DNA from: Protoeuglena noctilucae
Lineage: Eukaryota
Assembly (NCBI GenBank): GCA_958009085.1
Contig: OY253681.1
Coordinates: 806,001 to 870,000, forward strand
Direction: 5' to 3'
DNA: 64,000 nucleotides
In this document: positions 13,043 to 24,751 of the stretch, piece by piece
Position numbering within the stretch: position 1 is the stretch's first letter
Layout of the letters: each line of letters starts with the position of its first letter
Program-made: the position numbers and the translations under genes
Notes under the pieces: model-generated
Databases searched by the model: none
What the model was told of the DNA's origin: nothing
Seen by the model: the letters and a program-made list of their open reading frames with translations, nothing else

Positions 13043-13635
13043 AACACGCTTCCCTCTTGCCCTTCTTGCCTGCTCTTACCGGCACGCGCTCAGCCCCGAC
13101 GGCGCCCTCCCCCCCGAGCCTTTTTCGGTTTCTTCGGTTACGGGAGAGAGGGCGGCTTGAGGTGACGAACCGCTTCACACCTGCTCCACTTTTTCCTCTT
13201 CAGTGCCCTTTCCACGCCTTCTCTCCCCCCACGGTCCCTTCCCCGCGATTTCTCTGCCTCTGTCGCGCTTAATAGGGGCCCAATATGTCACAATATGTTG
13301 TATCATCTACGTCTGCTGTTGTTCTGCATGCCAAAGCGTTTTGAAGGCCTGTGCTCATGCATCACTGACACCTTCCCCACCAGCACCCCCTCTGGCCCGC
13401 AATTCTAGGGCGCGCCGCCCACTGCCGGTTGCACATCACCTCGTAGTACTGCGTTTGCGCATCCATCGGCCGGGGCCGGACGCTGTGGGCCCCGCTGAGC
13501 GCCCTTGCAAGCCCCGCGTGGATGCCGTCGCGGCGGCTCCTCGCCCTCACTGCGCGCATCTTTCCTTCGCACGCTAATCTGCACGACGCACTGGCTCATC
13601 GGCCGCATCCGCTCGTCGCGCGCGATTTCCCTGCG

Positions 13636-16345
13636 ATGGTGGGCCTTGCCACGCAAGGGAGCGCAGTGTCCGCGCGTCCCGCGCCCCCCGCGCCGCGCTG
13701 CGTGTGCAATGCAGCATTCGGTATCCCCGGCGCCAGTCACGCGCATCGGAGGCGGGCGCTGCGCTCCGCTCGGGACAAAGGTCCGCAGCAGTGGGCTTGG
13801 TCCCCCGCCGGGACCCCGGGCGGGGCATCCGGCGGCCATGCGCCCGTGAGAGACATGCGTTGCTATGCGATAAAGAGCAAGCAGCAGCCCAAGTACGCCT
13901 GCTCCAACTGTGGCCGGCGGTATTTCCAGGTGCGCGTTTGCCTTTGCAAAGCTCCCAGGCGACCCGATCCGCGCAGCCGCGGTCCAATTCCGCTTCTCCT
14001 CGATCCGCAGCATCAAGGTCAGTGCGACGAGTGCGAGCAGTGGGGAACTGTCGAGGAGGCGTTGCCGGAGGAGTCGGAAGGCCGCGGGGGCGGGGGAGCG
14101 GGCAATCGCGCTGCGATGCGCGTGCGGATGAGCACCGCGACCGCCGCGCTGTCTCTGGACGAAGATGAAGACGGCGCGAGCGCAGGCGCGGGCGGTCGGG
14201 CCGGCAACGGCCGCGCGTGGCTGCAGGGTACGGGGCGCGTGCTGAGCTTGAGTGCGGTGTCCGCCACGGCGCGCCCCGCCCGCCGCCTGTCGCTGCCGGG
14301 CGCGGTGGGCGCCGAGGTGGGCCGCGTGCTGGGCGGCGGCGTGGTCCCTGGGGCCTGCGTGTTGATCGGGGGCGACCCGGGAGTGGGCAAGTCGACGTTG
14401 TTGATGCAAGTGGCGGATTTGGTGGCGGGAGTGCCTGGCGATGAGGCCGCGGAGGTGCTGCGGTGCCGGCCCGACAGCCCCGTGTTGTACGTGGTGAGGG
14501 GCTTTTATGTCATGGTGGCATGAGTGGGTGAAGGAGGTGTCGGTGTGTGGCGCTGTGCGTAGTTGTCGCAATAGCGTCTAATGCTGTGCTGTCTTATCAG
14601 GTGCCTCAGCTATCACCCGCACCTTCCCCCTTCTCCTTTCCGTACTCAGAGCGGGGAGGAGAGCGCCGAGCAGATCACCGCCCGGGCCGAGCGCATGGGC
14701 GTGACGCGCGCCTCATCCATCGCCCTCCTCTGCGAGACGGACATGGATGTCGTCCTATCCGCCATGGCATCCCTGCGCCCCCGCTGCGTTATCGTCGACA
14801 GTATCCAGACCATGTATCTGGAGGAGGCGGGGGCGTTTGCGGGGTCCACCACGCAGATACGCGAGTGTGCCAGGGCAGCCAATCGAGTGGCCAAGGAGAC
14901 GGGGGCGCCGGTGTTTCTGGTCGGACACGTGACGAAGGCGAGTGGGGTGGGCGATGGGGTGGATGGGGAAGTGGGCATGGACATTAACCCTCACTGCCAC
15001 CCCTATCACCACCCCCAGTGCCACCCTCACTTCCACCCCCACTACCACCCTCACTGCCACCCTCACTGTCAACCCCACTACCACCCCCACTGCCACCCAG
15101 GCCGGTGAGATTGCGGGCCCTAAGGTCCTGGAACACATGGTGGATGCCGTGGTGTACGTGGAGGGAGAGCGCAACGGCCAGCACCGCGTGTTGCGCACCA
15201 TCAAAAACCGATTCGGTTCCACCGACGAAGTCGCACTATTCGACATGGCTCCCGAGGGACTGCGAGCCGTACCTAATCCCAGCGAGGCTCTGCTGCGCAA
15301 CCGCAAGGCGGGGCTGGCGGAGGGGAAGGGCATTGGGAGCGTGGTGGCGGTGGCGTGCGGGGGCCGGCCGATGTTGGTGGAGATACAGGCACTGGCCACG
15401 CCGGTGCTGGACGCGGGGCAGCCCAGCCACACCTATGTGACGGGTGAGAGGGGGGGGGGGGGGGGGGGGGGGTGAGGGGGTGAAGCAGTGGTGTGGTGGG
15501 GTGTTGGTGATCAGAAGGGAGGGTGTGAGGGTGTGTGCCTGCCTGTTCCCGTCCCTCACCCCATCGCTCACTCCACCCATTCCCCTCATTCCACCCCCAC
15601 CCACCCATCTCCATCCCCTCTCCTTTCCACCCCCAGGCCTGGACGCCCGCCGCCTGTACCTCACACCATCCCCCATTCCACCCCATCCATCTCCCACCCA
15701 CCCCCCTCATCCCACCCCCAGGCCTGGACGCCCGCCGCCTGTACCTCATCCTGCAAGTCCTGCAGAAGCACGCGAGGGTCAAGGCGTTCGGCAGAGACGT
15801 GACGGTCAACGTCGTCGGTGGTTACGACTTCCGTGGCGATCCCTCGTCTGATCTGCCATTGGCGGTCGCGGTGACTTCGTCATTGTATGACAGACCCGTG
15901 GGGCACGAGGTGGCGTGCGTGGGGGGGGTGGGGCTCGCGGGGGAGATACGGGCCGTGCCGGCACTCGCCAGGCGCATCGGTGAGTGGGATGGGGGTGGAG
16001 GTGTGGGTGCGGGTGTGTGGGTGGGTGGGTGTGATGTCATTGTTGTGGGCTTGCAATTGTTCGGTTGTGTTACTACAGGATAGATCGAGTACCCAACACT
16101 CTATCATTGTATTATTGTATTGCCGTAGAATCACTCACTCAATCTTTCATTCTCCCCCCATCGCAGCGGAGGCGGATCGCATGGGCCTTCGTCGCATCAT
16201 CGTCCCCAAGGCGGGTTTCTCTGAGGAAGCGGCGAGGGGTGTGAGGGGGCAGGTGATCCCGGTCAGCAACATACGGCAGGCACTGCAAGCGGCGCTGGGG
16301 GGTGGGGAGGGGGGGGGGGGGTGGAGGGGGAGTGAGGGGGGATAG
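13636..16345 (+). CDS. radA: DNA repair protein RadA/Sms, probably organelle-targeted, multi-exon; start approximate
   Basis: Zn finger YACSNCG...GQCDEC.QWGT; Walker [52 protein letters not shown]; Lon-like C-terminus. Confidence 0.93.
14994..15098 (+). repeat. Degenerate 12-bp tandem repeat (cactgccacccc-like) in the C-rich 3' half of a RadA intron
   Basis: Reads as HCHP-HYHP-QCHP... in the shadow frame; lies in intron 14938-15100. Confidence 0.8.
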
Positions 16346-16530
16346 GGAAGGGGTGCTAGGATGGGTGGGAAGAGAGCGTTGGGTTTCTGATTTAAACACT
16401 GCTTGTGCGTTCAAATAAGGATTTGCGTTGAAGTGGCACGAGCGAGACGATCAGTTAAGAAAAGGACAGGTCCTACCACCCCTCTCGCATCCCACCCCAC
16501 CCCCACTCTGTGTCTGTCTGTCTCAGTTCC

Positions 16531-18174
16531 TCAGTGTTTCGGCCTCCTTGGCTTCGCCGTGTCCCTGGGCATCCCCTTCCCCTTCCCCTTCCCCTTCTTT
16601 GGCTTCAGTGACCACTTGGACGCATCTGCCTGGAGCCTAGCATACTTCTTCTTCCTGAGAAGCACGATAAGCGATGGGGAGTCAGCAATTGTCATGGTAG
16701 CAACTATCACGGTTGCTGTTATTGCTTGCCTGTACTCATCAAGTGGCACGTTCTCATGCACAAAACACCACCCCTCGCCTGTACTGTGCGATGGATGGGT
16801 CGTGCAGGATCTCCTCGGCCAGCGTCCTCTTCCGCTCCTTCTTGGCCATCCTCGCCGAGTGGAACTCCGCGCTGCCCTCCACCACCGTGCCCATCTGGAA
16901 GAACTTGGGGAGCTGAGGGGAGGGGGGAGAGGAGAGGAGTGGGTTGATGATGAATGGTGTGCACAGCACAATGCACCGGCGTGGAAAACGTCGTGGTGAT
17001 GAAGCGCTGCGAGCAGGAGTGACACTGTCACGTCTCCCCCATGCCATCAATCATCACCCCATCTCCAATTACCACTCGCCTTGGTGTCGTCGTGGGACTT
17101 GTAGAACCGCTTGGCGTCGAACGTGCCGCGCAGCTTCAGCACCCGCAGGTCCGTCTTGAGCTCCGGGGTCATCCGGGGCGCGGGGAGGTCAAACCACTTC
17201 GATCCCAGCGTCTCCGGGGCGTCACGCTTCGCCTGCCGGCGCTCCGCCCGGCCGTCCCGCGACCCCAACACCGCCCGCTTGCTCAGCCCACGCTCCTTCC
17301 CGCCCGCGCCGCGCGCCACAAGCGCCTCCCGCGCGGCGCTCGCTCTCTTTAACGCCCCGCGATCCTCCGCGCCGCCCAGCTCCGGCTCCCAGCGCAGCAG
17401 CCCTTCGTCCTCCATGCCACCTCCGCCCCCGCCTTTGCCGCCGAGCCGCAGCACCTCCCCCGGCTGCCCGTTCCCGCCTAGTATCCCCGCCATGCTCGTT
17501 GCCAATGCTCCCAACGCCTCCTCGTCCGACTCGTCCCAATCGCTGCCGGAATTGTCGACATTGTCGTCATCGCCGTCGCCGGCCCCGCTGGGACCCGGCG
17601 CGTCTTCCGCAGAGTCCGCTGCGCTTTTATCAAGTTCTTTTACTGGTGCTTCTTCTATCGCCGCCCCCTTGGCCCTTCCCCGCGCGGTACCGGGGCGGGC
17701 CGCCCTGGGTGTGCGCCCGCCAGCCGCCCGGGGCTCCGCGTCCCCTGCGCGCAGCGCGATGCGCCGTGCGTCTCCGCCATGTGAATATATGACATATAAG
17801 GCATCAGACAGCGCCCGCATCTGCATCAAATAGCCACTCGCCTTCCGATGCGGCCTCGTCCTCCGGGACCGCCTCGAGCGGGCGTGTGGCCGGAGCCTGG
17901 GCCCCGCGCAGCCGCGTGGAGGTTCGCCTCGTCAGTGTCGGCGTCTTTTCTTGCTTGCTCGCGGCCTTTTTGGTCCTGAGAGCGGCGCGGGAGCGACGCC
18001 TGTTTGCGTCTGCAGTCGACTTCAGGCCCGCGGAAAGAACCCTGAGCTTTGCTAAGGCCGCATCCTGGCGCACCTTCGCAAAGTGGACGTCGCGTCATCG
18101 TGCCCGGTCCCCGCGGTGTCCGAGACGTCGGAGGCCGACGCCCCCGCGCTGCTCATGGAACGCGTCAGCACCAT
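16531..18174 (-). CDS. FCF2: Fcf2/DNTTIP2 family pre-rRNA processing protein, multi-exon
   Basis: TLGSKWFDLPAPRMTPELKTDLRVLKLRGTFDAKRFYK | LPKFFQMGTVVEGSAEFHSARMAKKERKRTLAEEIL. GC donors at 17841, 17079 and 16778. Confidence 0.85.
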
Positions 18175-18656
18175 AGCGAACCCCAGCGTCTAATAGCGAA
18201 TGCGGGGTCTCCGCAGCGCAACTGATGATATATAATATGCGCAGAGGTAAAGATATGCAAAGGATAGGACTACCACAGCGCGCCCGTCACTGCGACGGCC
18301 TCGATGCTTTGGGGAGGCGAACTGTGCGGCTTGTGATGAAACAACGGGCCGAGACACCGCTGCCGCGAAGATGAGGTTTGGAAGAAGGCGTTGGGGGCGT
18401 TAACAGGCTCGCGAAGCTCCTTCCAGCGCCCTTAGCGCGCTGACACCTGACGGGGCGTGGCCAGAGGACTTGTTTCAGCTGCAGAGAACACGAATCTGAG
18501 TGCTGGCGTCACGCTGGGCAAAAGACCACATTCAGCGAATCCCTGCTGTCTTGGGAACGCCAGCAGGCATCGCGTACTGCGAGTTGGCTGGCGCTCAAGA
18601 CGAACAGAGCCCGTGCAGTCCAAGGGAGGCCCCCGCTCCTCGTGCCGCATCCGCGC

Positions 18657-21600
18657 ATGGTCAAATCCGCCGTCAGGGTCGTGCTGCGCACCAGGCCCAC
18701 CGCACACTTCAATGCGGACGCCATCAAGGTGACCTGCGCTGCACACAGCGTCGTCGTTCGTTTCCTCGCGCCGAGAAGGACCCCGGCCGCTTGGTGTGTT
18801 TCGCACGTCATGGTTGGAGGGAGAGTAGCTCACATGCGCGACCTGGTTGGCAAAGGAGCGGCGGGCGCTGCGCGCGGGGCTCGCGTCGCCCGCATCGATG
18901 CATGTTGGTCCCCCCAACGTGCCCTGTGGCCCCGCAGATCAGCCCGGGCGGCGACGAAGTGGAGCTGAAGATCAGTAGATCTCACGTAAACACGAGCGCC
19001 GGTGAGCGGCCCTCTGTCGCGCTTGCTCGGCGCTGCCCGACGCTGTTGTGCATCCTCCCGCGCGATTTCGCGCCCTCCCCGCCCGCTTGTCCAGATACCG
19101 CGGAGCGCTATCGCTTCCGCTTCGACGGCGTGCTGCACGAGGCGACCCAGGAGGATGTCTTCTCGGTGTGCGCGGAGGACACGATTGACGCCTTCATGCA
19201 GGGCTTCAACGCCACCGTCCTGTGCTACGGGTGCGCGTTGGGGATGCCAATAGCTACATTGAGAGTGTCTTTATCTGCACATGTGGCTGTACCTGTCGTT
19301 GTGTCCAGGACAGGCACACAAAATCGCATTCACAGTATCCAATTCGCATTCCGCGCGCAGGCAGACGGGCGCCGGCAAGACGTACACGATGCTCGGTGGC
19401 CGCGACAGCTACAAATCCCGCGGCCTCGTCCCGCGCTGCATCTCCCGCGTTTTCGAGGAGATACGCCGCTCCCCCGACCTCACGCGCACCGTCCGGATGT
19501 CTTACGTCGAGATTTACAACGAGCACATCTACGATTTACTGAACCCTGCGCAGGTGAGGTTGCTGGGGCTCTGCGGTGGAAGATCTTGCGAGCAGCACGT
19601 GCGCACGTCACGTTTCGCAACAAGCCGCGCCATGGAAGGGCCAGGGTTTCTTATAGTTCGCATAATCGAACTCACTCGAGCGTTTATCGTACATCCCGCA
19701 GGACCCCGGTGCGATTCAGATCGCGGACGGCCCCCGGGGCTCGGTGCTGGTGCGGGGGGTGTCGTGCCCCGTGGTGATGACGGAGCAGGACGCCCTGCAG
19801 CTCATGTTCGAGGCAAGTCGGTGGTTAGTGATGTGGAAAATAACTGTGCAATATCATTCTTGCAGGATGCTCGCGCTGTGCAGCTCGTGTGTTGCCGGGT
19901 GTCGTGACACGCGCATCCCCCAGCCCCCCTCCCCAATCGCTATATCGTGCTGTCTCGATCGTGCCACAGGGAGAGGAGAACCGCGCGATCGCCGAGCACC
20001 AGCTGAACACGATGTCGTCCCGCTCCCACGCCGTGGTGACGCTCTACCTGGAGACCAGGCGATCGCCCGTCGACCCCCAGAGCATCACCTCCAAGATGCA
20101 TTTAATTGACTTGGCGGGATCCGAGGTAAGAGATGGCATCTCACTGATACTGTCACTGATTCATGGCAGTGATGGGAGAGATGCACCTGATCGACCTCGC
20201 GGGGTCCGAGGTGAGACGTGGCATGTACATGGCATGTCACTAACAGTGATATTGAACCATCACCGACGGTGCTTATTGCCGGTACGATTACAGCCAGCCT
20301 GACAGTGTTAACAAACACCACCCCTGTCCCCCCTTTACCCCCCGCAGCGTCTTCGCAAGACCAAGTCGAGCGGCACGGTGGCCAAGGAGGCGACGTTCAT
20401 CAACAAGTCGCTGTCCTTCTTGGAGCAGGTGGTGGTGGCGCTGGGGGATCGAACCCGCGACCACGTGCCGTACCGGTCCTCCAAGCTCACCCACATGCTC
20501 AAAGACTCCCTGGGGGGGAACTCCAAGACGCTGGTAAGTGAGAGGGAGAGATGGTTGGTGTGACGGTGCTTGGGTGTGACCACCTTTTCCATGCTGTGAC
20601 GTTTCACATCCTCTCACTCTCACTCTCAATCCCACTCTCACCCTCTCACTGTCACTGTCACTCTCTCTTTCACTCACTCTCGTCTCTCATCTTTCATCTC
20701 CCCTCCCCAGATGGTGGCCAACGTGTGGGGCGACCCCGACCACCTGGACGAGACATTGAGCACCTGTCGGTTCGCCCAGCGGATGATGCGAGTGTCGTGT
20801 GACGTGGTGCAGAACGTGGCGGAGGACACGACCGCGCTGGCCAGGGCACTGCAGGCGCAAGTGGCGCAGGTGAGAGGGATGAGGGGTAGTGATAAGTGTA
20901 ACCAGTGATGGGCACTAGCGAGGGCACTGCAGGCGCAAGTGGCGCAGGTGAGGGGGGTTGGGAGTGTACCATTAATTGTTATCATATATCCATTTATTAA
21001 CAACATGTCCTGTGACTCGCAGCTCAAAGAGGAGCTGGCCATGTACGACGCCATGAGCAACCGTGCAGGCGTCACCTACGACCCCTACACCGCCGATCAG
21101 AAGCAGCAGCTCAAAGCGCAGGTGCTGGAGTTCTTTACCAACACCAATGCAGACGTATCTATGGGGTCCATCGAGCCACTTCAGTTCCTGTCCGTGCGTC
21201 ACATGACGGAGACGCTGCTGGTGTGCCGGGAGCTGTACCAGGAAGCGAGGGGGGGAAGGGGAGAGGTGAAGGGGGTGGGTTGAGAGGGGCACTGATGATG
21301 GCAGAGATCGCAGGGCGCATCAAGCCTTTCATTACAACGTGTTACATCACGCTTTCATGCCATTGCAGGGACCTGTGGGGGTGGGTGCAGCGACAGTGGG
21401 GAGCTCAGACAGAGCCCCAGCATCAAACAGTCCATTAAGAAACAACCAGGACGGCGATGGGGGTGATGAGGGCGATGGGGATGGCGACAGGGCAGAGGGG
21501 GCGACGTTGGAGAGGAGCGGGGGTGGGGAGGGAGAGGGTGTGGATGCGAGGGGTGGCGGAGAGGGGGAGGAGAGTGGGGAGGGGTCCGTGGATGGGCGCA

Positions 21601-23066
21601 TGGTGGCACCGGCGGAGTCAAGGCCGGCGCAGGCGAGCAGTGGGGGGATGCTGGGAGTGTGAGCGGGGGTTGGTGGGAGTGTAAGCAAAGGACAGCTGGG
21701 TGGGCCAATGTCATTCCCAACACCACCATCCCCACTGCCACCCCACACTCCTCACCATCTTACCCCTCCCACCCCTCACCGACCACCCCTCCCACCAACC
21801 CCCCCCCCCTCCCCGCAGCCCGGCCCCCGCCCCTCCCGCGCGGTCGCCTTTGAGGAGTTCTCCCGGGGCCCAGGCGCCGAGCTGTCCCTCGCACTGCAGC
21901 ACAACAAGGCAGCGCTGCGCGACTGCAAGACTGCGGCGAAGGCGGCGGGGATGCGTGTGAACGAGGCTAAGAGGGCAATCGACGCTTGCAAGGCTAGAGT
22001 GGAGGAGCTGAGGGGGGCGAGGGGGGACAAGGGGGAGGGGGACGGGGAGGGGGAGGGTGAGGACTAGGAAGGGTGGTGGGTAGAGGTGGTGGGTGGGGCA
22101 AGTGGGGCAAGTGCAGGTTGAGGGATGGGCGAGGGTTGGGATGCATGCATGTAATGTGACAATGATGATTTGATTAGCTGACAGATGAGGATGCCCCGTT
22201 TCTATCTGACTCCCCATCACTCTCACTCTCACTCTCACTAATGTGACCTCTGCACCCCCCCCAGCGTCGGTGATGGGGGAGGACGAATACCGTGCTCTGG
22301 TGGAGCTGCGTGACATGAAGGCGGCTTACAAAGCACGTTTCCAGGAGATGCAGTCGGCGAAGGCGGAGGCCGAGTACGTGGGGAAGCTCGCGGAGCAGTG
22401 CACCAAGGAGCTGATTCTGGCATTCGACGCGTGGTTTCTGGCGACGTACGGTCCCGAGCCAGAAACGGCCAATGCGAGTCCCGGGGATGGCAGCGGGGAC
22501 GAGGGGAATTGGGTGGTGCCGGGGACGGGAACGGCGGTGCGGCTGGGGATGGGAGCGGGCGGGGTGACGGGAGGGGTGGCGTCGGTCACGATGTCATCGG
22601 GGGGTAGCGGGCGGGGCGAGGGAGAGGAGCGGGGGAGCGAGGGGGGTGCTGGGACGGCTGGGAGAAGCGAGACGGGCGGAGGGCGGGGGGCAGCGGCGTT
22701 GCGGGGGCGGGGGCGGGGGGCGGGGGTGACGGGGGTGACGGGGGGCGCGAGTGCGGGTGCGGGTGGGACGGGGGTGAAGCGAGGGACACCCAAGAAAGCC
22801 AAGGGGGCGGAGGTGGCTGTGCCGGAAGACGAGAAGGCGAGAGATATGGGTTTTATCATGTGTACATACAGGGTTGTGCTATGCACATGGCCAGTTGTTC
22901 GATGGTCGTAAGTATGTGATGTGATACTGACATTCTATCGTTGCATTTCTGTGTTATTCAGGACGACCCCGAGGCCCAGGGCTTCTGGAATGCGCGCAAG
23001 CAGCTGCAGCGCAAGATGGAGGCGGGGGCCGTGCAGTTCCACAAGGGGAACCGACACTGGGGGTGA
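18657..23066 (+). CDS. KIF9: Kinesin-9 family motor (KIF9/Chlamydomonas KLP1-like), about 13 exons
   Basis: MVKSAVRVVLRTRPT; YG|QTGAGKTYTM; SYVEIYNE; NTMSSRSH; LIDLAGSE|R; INKSLSFLEQVVVAL; HVPYRSSKLTHMLKDSLGGN; ETLSTCRFAQRM; LKEELAMYD. Confidence 0.92.
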
Positions 23067-23222
23067 AAGGAGAGCGACAGTGGGGTGATACTTTTAACTA
23101 AGTGTTGACAGTAGACAGTTGCTCCCGTGTGGCGACACGGAGTGGACGTGACAGCTCATCGATTGTTGAATCGTGCTTTTTCAATCGCACCACATCGGCT
23201 CATTCAACACCTGTCCATTCAT

Positions 23223-24339
23223 CTACAGTGGCACCCGCACCATGATCTCGTTGGCCCTGGTCTTGAGGGAGAAGAGCGGCCCGTACTGCAGCACCTGGTA
23301 CTGCCCCGCCTGCGCCTCCTCTGCCAACCGCAGCCCCGCCGACTCCACCGCACGCACCAGGCGCGCCCTGGCAGACTCTGCGACACACGGTGGGGAGCAC
23401 TACAATAGATGACGATGCAACTTGTACAACACTGTTGTTCCTGCCACCCTTGTACATTTGTCACGTTCCCCTCCACCGCCACTGCCCGCTCATCTTAACG
23501 CCTTGTTCCCCACTACCTCCGATCTCCCCCACCTCACCTGCCACCCCCTGCGTCACATTCCCCTCCACCACCGCCACCGCCACCGCGCACCCCCCCAGCA
23601 CCTCCAGCCGCACCCCGTCCGCCCCTTGAGGCGCCGGCGGCTGACCCAGCTCCCGGAAACCCCCGTCTGGCGATGGGACGACCGATGGCACGAACACAGA
23701 CATGGTCTTCTGCATATACATGCGCGATACAAAGTCTGATTGGACCAAGAAGCGACGACGGGACAACATGGGATCTGAAAGCAGCCCAGCCCAGCCTATT
23801 CCAGCACACCACATGCACGTGCACAAACATCAACCACCCGTAACCAACCCGCTCACCTCCAGGTCCCCCTTCCCGCCAGGCCCGGGCCGGATGGTGAGGA
23901 ACACCGGCTGCGTCTGCACCAGCTTGATGCCCTCAGCGTTCGCGCCCCCTAGGTACTCTCCCAGCGCCAGGAAGCCCTCGTCGCGCTTTTCGTAGGCGAC
24001 CGACGCGCATATGAAGGGCGGGTAGAATCGGAGCTGGAATCCTTCCGACTCCCGCACCACTTCGCACCTCGGCTGCACCGCCTCCCCGCGCTCTGCGTGC
24101 GGGGACGATTCCAGGATAGCGCAAGGTAGCAGATGCAATGTATGAGGTATTTCGCAGGTTCATATCATACACTGCGGACCTGTGCCGGGGTACGCGGGCT
24201 GCGCAGAGCGGCCAAACAAGTTTCCGATGTGCGCGACCAGGCGGTCGCCGCGCCTGGGCTGCGGCCCCAGTCGCAGGGCGCGTCTTCTGTGCTGGGACGC
24301 GATGGCCCTGTCGAAAGCGCAGCTGAGGGTGGGTGGCAT
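23223..24339 (-). CDS. SOUL/heme-binding family protein with a putative transit peptide, multi-exon
   Basis: QPRCEVVRESEGFQLRFYPP; GFLALGEYLGGANAEG.KL.QTQPV; KTMSVFVP; QYGPLFSLKTRANEIMV. Confidence 0.75.
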
Positions 24340-24751
24340 GGTTGGAAACGGATTGCAAAGGGTCAAGGGGCTGTGCAAGCCAGGCGATTTCAGAGAAGGT
24401 GTTTGCTGCGAGGCTCCGCTCATAAGTGCATCGTCAGGCGACGAAGTGGGAGGTCGTTGGGAAAAGCGTGGCTAGGCAATTGCTCAGAAACGCCGTTGCA
24501 TTCAGGTCTGGCAGGGCAACCCCGGCCAACTGAGGCTTTCCCTGCGCCCTAACCCCGCAGCGCGCCAGTACCTCGTAATCCATCGACCGTGATCCTGTGC
24601 CTCCACGCCCGGCGCACAAGATCGTGGCAAACAGGCAAAGAAAACCTTCCGTCGCGCACAGGAATCCCTCCCCCGCCGCCCTCGGAATCCCGGGATAGGA
24701 TCCGGGCGCTTGTCTGCGTTACATCTCCAGAACAGAAGCGAAGGAGAGAAT

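Noticed and set aside
14980..15108. His/Cys/Pro-rich metal-binding insert in RadA (HCHPYHHP...)
   Set aside because: It lies in GC-AG intron 14938-15100; splicing restores the conserved GHVTK-AGEIAGP motif.
16346..16530. Chlorophyte TGTAA polyadenylation signal
   Set aside because: Not found in the convergent gaps I inspected (here and 23067-23222), so no poly(A) signal is annotated.
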